This document shows, piece by piece, positions 57,290 through 64,000 of a stretch of 64,000 nt of DNA. The DNA is from the human T2T-CHM13v2.0 reference genome, Homo sapiens. Position 1 is the first letter of the stretch, and each line of letters opens with the position of its first letter. Made by a program: the position numbers and the translations under genes. The DNA is taken from assembly GCF_009914755.1 (NCBI RefSeq), contig NC_060938.1; one strand, written 5' to 3'. A model generated the notes under the pieces. It saw nothing but the letters and a program-made list of their open reading frames with translations. It was not told the origin of the DNA and made no database searches.

Positions 57290-58378
57290 TCTTTGGTTTT
57301 GGGATTTCTAGAGTTGGCTACTTAATATGATTAGACCCAAAGATGCTAAGGAATCTACTTCTAATAGTATGGAGAACACTGATAGTCTTGGCATAAACTG
57401 TTTAGAGAGTTACGCAAAATAAATGTATTTGACACTCTTGATTCATTGCTTGTTAGCGGCAAGGAGTTTGGTGAGTCTATGCATAATACCTTTGACCATA
57501 TGTGGAAAAAGAAGGAACATGAGGAAGCTGGTTGGTTGCTCCTAAGTTCAGTGGACAAAGTGATGAAAGAAAATGATGAACTCAGGGGTTCTACCCACTT
57601 GCTTCAGAAGCAGATACTGAGCCTCAACATAGAGCTGCATCAGGGTTTATTTATTGATTTGGGCCAGCTAAGTAGAAACTGTGCATTTAATGTTGCAGAT
57701 CGGGGAGTTCAAAAAGGTTCTAATAGTTTATTTGCTTGGTTATCTGAAATATGGATTAAAAGATGGCCAACTGTGAGTGAGCTGGAAATGTCTGATCTTC
57801 CTTAGTTTAATATAGAGGAAGGGATCCAAAGGCTTAGGGAGATTGGGATGGTGGAGTGGATTAGTTACTTTGACCTACTAATCCTAGCTGGGAGGGTCCA
57901 GAAGATATATCCTTGACCAATGCCTTGTGAAATAGATTTCTGAGGGCAGCTCCTGCATCTTTGAAAAGCCCTGTAATTGCTCTTCTTGTATGTCAGATCT
58001 AACAGTGGGAACAATAGTCACTCAATTACAAAATTTAAATACAATGGGAGTAATTGGATCCCGAGGTGTCAGGGGCCAAGTGGTGGCACTCAACCATCAA
58101 AGGCAAGGTGGGCGTAGCTACCTTAATGGACAGCAGAGGCAAAGCAGCAATCAGAATAGTCTGACACATGTAGAGCTCTGGCATTGGCTAATTAATCATA
58201 GTGTTCCTAGAAGTGAAATTGATAGGAAGCCTACTGCATTCCTACTTAATTTATACAAGCAGAAAACTACTAGGTCAAATGGACAAAAGATTAATTTGAA
58301 TTATGAAAACAGAGAATCACTGCCCCTCAATTTCCAGACTTGAGCCAGTTTACAGAAACAGAACCTCTTGAATGAAGG
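57290..58378 (+). pseudogene. gag: HERV-L gag (stops, frameshifts, internal deletion)
   Basis: ORF pieces AGWLLLSSVDKVMKENDELR and GQVVALNHQRQGG...LWHWLINH. Confidence 0.85.
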
Positions 58379-58393
58379 GAAGGCCGGGTCCCC

Positions 58394-58770
58394 TTGAGGA
58401 AGGACCCCGCTACATTACCAACAATTTATGCAGTGAATCTTTCTCCCATCCTTCCCCAAGAAGACCTCCAGTCTTCTACCAGAGTAAGTGTGCATTGGGG
58501 AAAGGAAAATGATCAGACATTTTGGGGACTACTAGATACTGGCTCTGAGCTGACATTGATTCCGGGTGACCCAAAATGTCATTGAGGTCCTCCAGTTAAA
58601 GTAGGGGCTTATGGAGGTCAGGTAATTAATGGATTTTTAGCTCATGTCTGACTTACAGTGGGTCCCCAGACTCATCCTGTGGTCATTTCCCCAGTGCCAG
58701 ATGCATAATTGGCACAGAAATACTTACCAGTTGGCAGAACCCCCACATTGGATCCCTGACTCGTAGGGTG
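58394..58770 (+). pseudogene. pro: HERV-L aspartic protease
   Basis: GLLDTGSELTLIPGDP contains the DTG active-site motif; followed by a stop and frameshift. Confidence 0.9.
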
Positions 58771-60620
58771 AGGGCTGTTATTGTGGAAAAGGCCAAATGG
58801 AAGCCATTAGAGCTACCTCTATCTAGAAAAATAGTAAATCAAAGACAATATCACATCCCTGGAGGGATTGCAGAGATTACTGCCACCATCAAGGACTTAA
58901 AAGATGCAGGGATGGTGATTCCCATCACATCCCTGTTCAACTCTCCCATTTGACCTGTGCAAAAGACAGATGTATCTTGAAGACAGTGGATTATCATAAG
59001 CTTAACCAAGTGGTGACTCCAACTGCAGCTGCTGTACCAGATGTGGTTTCATTACTTGAGCAAATTAATACCTATCCTGGTACCTGGTATGCAGTCATTG
59101 ACTTGGAAAATGCCTTTTTCTCCGTGCCTGTCCATAACGCCCACCAGAAGGGATTTGCCTTCAGCTGGCAAGGCCAGCAATATACCTTTACTGTCCTACC
59201 TCAGGGGTATATCAACTCTCCAACTCTTTGTCATAATCTTATTCGGAGAGACCCTGGTCACTTTTCATATCCACAAGATATCACATTGGTCCATTACATT
59301 GATGACATTATGCTAATTGGATCCAGTGAGAAAGAAGTAGCAAACACATTGGACTTATTGGTAAGACATTTGCAGGCCAGAGGATGGGAATAAATCCGAT
59401 TAAAATTTAGAGACCTTCTACCTCAGTAAAATTTCTAGGGGTGCAGTGGTGTGGGGCCTGTCGAGGTATTCCTTCTAAGGTGAAAGATAAATTGCTGCAT
59501 TTGGCCCCTCCTACAACCAAGAAAGAGGCACAACACCTAGGGGGCTTACTTGGATTTTGGAGGCAACACATTCTTCATTGGGGTGTGTTACTCCAGCCCA
59601 TTTATCAAGTGACCCTAAAGGCTGCCAATTATGAGTGGGGTCCAGAACAGGAGAAGGCTGTGCAACAGGTCCAGGCTGCTGTGCAAGCTGCTCTGCCACT
59701 TGGACAACATAACCCAGCAGATCCAACGGTGCTTGAGGTGTCGGTGGCAGATAGGGATGCTATTTGGAACCTTTGGCAGGCTCCCATAGGTGAATCACAG
59801 CGGAGGCTTCTAGGGTTTTGGAGCAAGGCCCTGTCATCTTCTGCAGATAACTACTCTCCTTTTGAGAGACAGCTCTTGGCTTGTAACTGGGCTTTGGTGG
59901 AAACTGAACGTTTGACTATGGGTCATCAAGCATCAAGTCACCATGTCTGCCTATCATGAACTGGGTGCTTTCTGTCCCATCTAGCCATAAAGTGGGTTGT
60001 GCACAGCAGCATTCCATCATCAAATAGAAGTGGTATGTATGTGATCGGGCTCGAGCAGGTCCTAAAGACACAAGTAAATTACATGAGGAAGTGGCTCAAA
60101 CGCCCAGTGTCTCCACTCCTACCACCCTGACTTCTCTCTTCTAGCCTGCACCGATGGCTTCATAGGGAGTTCCCTATGAGCAGTTGACAGAGGAAGGGAA
60201 CACTAGGGCCTAGTTTACAGGTGGTTCTGCACGATGTGCAGGCACCACCCAAAAGTGGACAGCTGCAGCACTACAGCCCCTTTCTACGACATCCCTGAAG
60301 GACAGCAGTGAAGGGAAATCTTCCCAGTGGGCAGAACTTTGAGCAGTGCACCTGGTTGTGCACTTTGCATGGAAGGAGAAATGGCCAGATGTGAGATTAT
60401 GTACTGATTCATGTGCTAGCCAATGGTTTGGCTGGATGGTCAGGGACTTGGAAGAAGCATGACTGGAAAACTGGTGACAAAGAAATTTGGGAAGACATAT
60501 GTGGATGGACCTCTCTGAGTGGTCAAAAACTGTGAAAATATTTGTATCCCATGTGAGTGCTCATCAGTGGGTGACCTCAGCAGAGGAGGATTTTAATAAT
60601 CAGATGAGCCGTCCTGTGGA
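58771..60620 (+). pseudogene. pol: HERV-L reverse transcriptase, tether and RNase H
   Basis: [23 protein letters not shown]; RNase H remnants SSQWAEL and LCTDS; multiple stops. Confidence 0.93.
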
Positions 60621-60649
60621 CACCATTCAGCCTCTTTCCCCAGCCATCC

Positions 60650-61350
60650 CTGTCATCGCACAATAGGCCCATGAACAAAGTGACGATGGTGGCAGGGATG
60701 GAGGTTATGCATGGGCTCAGCAACATGAACTGTGACTCACCAGGGCTGACTTGGCTACCGCCACTACTGAGTGCCCGATTTGTCAGCAGCAGAGACCAAC
60801 ACTGAGCCCTCATTATAGCACCATTCTTCAGGGTGATCAGCCAGCTACCTGGTAGCAGGTTGATTCTATTTGACCTCATCCATCATGGAAAGGGCAGAGG
60901 TTTGTCCTCATAAAATAGACATTTACTCCAGATATGGGGTTGCCTATCCTGCACACAATGCTTCTGCCAAGACTACCATCCGTGGACTCACAGAATGCCT
61001 TCTCCACCATCATGTACTCCATCCAGCATTTCTCCTGACCAAGGTACTCACTTTATGGCTAAAGAAGTGTGGCAGTGGGCTCATGCTGATGGAATTCACT
61101 GGTCTTACCATGTTCTCCATCATCCTGAAGCAGCTGGATAGATAGAACGGTGGAATGGCCTTTTGAAGTCACGATTACAACACCAACTAGGTGACAATAT
61201 TTTGCAGGGCTGGAGCAAAGTTCTCCAGAGAGCTGTGTATACTCTGAATCACAGTCCAATATATGGTACTGTTTCTCCCATAGCCAGGATTCATGGGTCC
61301 AGGAATCAAGGGGTAGAAGTGGAAGTGGCACCACTCACCATCACCCCTAG
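60650..61350 (+). pseudogene. pol: HERV-L integrase
   Basis: Zinc-finger remnant AHEQS(D)(D)GG...ECPICQQ; core remnants ...DQGTHF... and HHPEAAG*IERWNG. Confidence 0.85.
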
Positions 61351-61389
61351 TGATCCACTAGCAAAATTTTTGCCTCCTGTTCCTGCAAC

Positions 61390-61700
61390 ATTCTGTTCTG
61401 CTGGCCTAGAGGTCTTAGTTCCAGAAGGAGGAATGCTGCCACCAGGAGAGATAGAAACAATTCCATTAAAGTGAAAGTTAAGATTGCCACCTGGACACTT
61501 GGGCTCCTCCTACCTTTAAGTCAACAGGCTAAGAAGGGAGATACAGTGTTGACTGGGGTAACTGACCTAGACTATGAAGATGAAATCAATCTACTATTCC
61601 ACAACAGAGGTAAGGAAGAGTATGCATGGAATACAAGAGATCTATTAGAGTGTCTCTTAGTATTACCATGCCCTGTGATTAAGGTCAATGGGAAACTACA
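61390..61700 (+). pseudogene. dut: HERV-L dUTPase, downstream of integrase
   Basis: SAGLEVLVPEGGMLPPG and GDTVLTGVTDLDYEDEI match dUTPase motifs 1 and 3. Confidence 0.8.
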
Positions 61701-62202
61701 ACAGTCCAATCCAGGCAGGAGTATAAAAGACCCAGCCCCTTCAGGAATGAAGGTTTGGGTCACTCCACCAGGAAAGAAACCACAACCTGCTGAGGTGCTT
61801 GCTGAAGACAAAGGAAATACAGACTGGGTAGTAGAAGAAGGTAGTCATCGATAACAGCTATGACCAGGTGACCAGCTGCAGAAACGAGGAATGTAACTAC
61901 CATGAGTATTTCCTCCTTTTGTTGAAAACATGTTTGTGCATGTATACACTTGTACCAAGAAAATATCTTCATTTTATTTCCTTTCTCTTTTATCATGTGA
62001 CATGAGATTTATTGACCTCACATCAGCATTTAAGTATTGTTCACTTTATGTAATAGTATTTGGGTTGGGGATTGGTGTGATTCCGATTGTATGAAGCAGA
62101 GTTATATTACGTTAGGTGTAATTATGACCTTATTGTCTTTATTTGAAGACTATGTATGATCTCAGGAGATGTATATGGGTTCAAGTTGACAAGGGGTCGA
62201 CT

Positions 62203-62639
62203 TGTGATGGTTAATACTGAGTGTCAATTTGATTGGATTGAAGGATACAAAGTATTGATCCTGGGTGTCTGTGAGGTTGTTGCCAAAGGAGATTAACATT
62301 CGAGTCAGTAGTCTGGGAAAGGCAGACCCACCCTTAATTTGGGTGGGCACCATCTAATCAGCTGCCACCACAGCTAGAATATAAATAGGCAGAAAAATGT
62401 GAAAAAAGAGACTGGCCTAGCCTCCCATCCTACATCTTTCTCCTATGCTGGGTGCTTCCTGCCCTCGAACATCAGACTCCAGGTTCTTCAGTTTTGGAGC
62501 TCAGACTGGCTCTCCTTGCTCCTCAGCCTGCAGACGGCCTATTGTGGGACCTTGTGGTTGTGTGAGATAATACTTAATAAACTCCCCTGTGTGTGTGTGT
62601 GTATGTATGTCTATATATACACATATACACAATATATAT

Positions 62640-62702
<63 letters not shown>

Positions 62703-62737
62703 TAGTTCTTTCCCTCTAGAGAATCCTGACTAATACA
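62203..62737 (+). promoter_or_regulatory. MLT2A1-like 3' LTR with (TG)n/(TA)n expansion
   Basis: Direct repeat of the 5' LTR; ends CCTGACTAATACA. Confidence 0.95.
62632..62699. repeat. (TA)n tract with one interruption; pure (AT)23 at 62654-62699
   Basis: Read directly from the sequence. Confidence 0.95.
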
Positions 62738-62746
62738 GCATGTATG

Positions 62747-63700
62747 TGTAAACAAAAAATAAAATTCTAAGACCCCCAACCAACGGCATGGATGCTTCCT
62801 CTTGGCCAAGGGCACTTCAAAATAAACCTAAAAATATAGTCCACGCCGTGATGGGGAGTCAGTATTGGACATGCCCCATTATATACGCCTCCCTTTGGAA
62901 TTCAGGCACAGCTGACCAGCATTCACATTAAAACAGAACTCTTAAGACTGTTGAAACTGTTGAAACAGATTTGTTTTTGTAGCAATAAAACACCAAATTC
63001 CAGCTTGACTCCAGTGTAGCATCACATGACAGACAGTGAACCCTTAACAAATTTGAATTATTTTACCTAAAAATATACTTACTTGGCATATTTTGAAATG
63101 ACCCTGCAAAGCTTTCTCTTGTGAGAAAAACCTGGATTATACAGAGAATACCCATTCCTTTCCAGGTCTTTTCTCTGATCCAGGAGAGAATTAACCAAAG
63201 TCTGGCATCATGTTAGGCCTGAAAGAGCTCTGAAGCCTGCTACCTGGAGGCTTCAAGTGCGTGATAAAACCTTTAACACAGATATTCTATTCTAATGATT
63301 ACAGGTCTTAGATAATAACCCTTTTAACCAATTGCGAATCAGAAAACCTATGACTTACGACCTGGAAGGCCCCTCTTCCACTCCCCTCCCCACCTTCGAC
63401 TTGTCTCGCCTTTCCAGACATAACCAATGTACATTTTATGTGTATGGATTGATGTCTTATGTCTCACTAATATATATATAATATATAAAATATACATAAT
63501 ATATAAAAATATATATTATATGTTATATATATGTATGTATGTATATATATACATAAAACCAAGCTGTAGCCTGACCACCGTGGCACATGTTCTCAGGATC
63601 TCCTGGGGTTGTATAATGGGCCATTGGTCACTCGTATTTGGCTCAGAATAAATCTCTTCAATAAATAAATAAATACAGAGATTGACTATTTTCATCAACA
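62747..63700 (+). mobile_element. MER4-family (MER4B/D-like) ERV1 solo LTR
   Basis: TGTAAACAAAAAATAAAATTCTAAG start; TTTGGCTCAGAATAAATCTCTTCAA; ends TTTTCATCAACA; 4-bp TSD TATG at 62743-62746 and 63701-63704. Confidence 0.92.
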
Positions 63701-64000
63701 TATGCAACTTATAAATATCTCCATATGTGTTTACATTGCCTATTCTACTTTTTTAAAATAATGAGATACACAGTCAAAATTGTAGACCCTCGTTTTAGAA
63801 AATTAAAATTTGTAAAAAAATTAACTGAATAGGTTATAAAAAAACAAGTGGTGGTAATGTGGGTGTCCGATGAAAACAAAGGAGATGCTGGAAGCATGCA
63901 CTTGCTGCAATATTTCAGGCAAGAAATCAAAAGAACATGCTTTGGGAGATCAATTTAATTGTTGAAATAAATTCAACAATAATTCAACAATAATTTTTGG

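Larger units (their letters stand above)
56787..62737 (+). mobile_element. HERV-L provirus (LTR-gag-pro-pol-dUTPase-LTR, no env), defective
   Basis: Two MLT2A-type LTRs; 5-bp TSD GCATG at 56782-56786 and 62738-62742; degenerate Leu PBS near 57240; purine tract before 62203. Confidence 0.97.

Noticed and set aside
57290-61854. HERV-L as a coding-competent or domesticated retroviral gene
   Set aside because: Every domain has stops or frameshifts, the integrase zinc finger has lost a His, and the PBS is degenerate

Overview
AT-rich, repeat-dense primate (catarrhine/hominoid-type) genomic DNA. I cannot support any intact protein-coding gene, RNA gene or CRISPR array. The ORF track is explained by Alu, L1 and LTR sequence, decayed HERV-L genes, or chance. 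Main content: about 11 Alu elements, several L1PA 3' fragments with target-site duplications (TSDs), old L1M/L2/L3/MIR and hAT/Tigger fossils, solo LTRs (THE1, LTR12F-like, MER52-like, MER4-like) and a near-complete HERV-L provirus with MLT2A LTRs (56787-62737). I found no evidence of a new gene-encoded system. The best signals are structural and visible directly in the sequence: (1) an L1 3' transduction carrying an AluS (6950-8114); (2) two separate templated duplications copied from about 3 kb away, each with an inversion and junction micro-duplications (3128-3589; 43555-43902); (3) an orphan polyadenylated mRNA-end-like insert inside a MER45 (12684-12841); (4) a twin-primed inverted L1 (19485-22349); (5) two ERV integrations with abutting TSDs (62738-62746). 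Repeat subfamily names come from my recall of consensus sequences and need RepeatMasker/Dfam confirmation. Percent identities are hand estimates.
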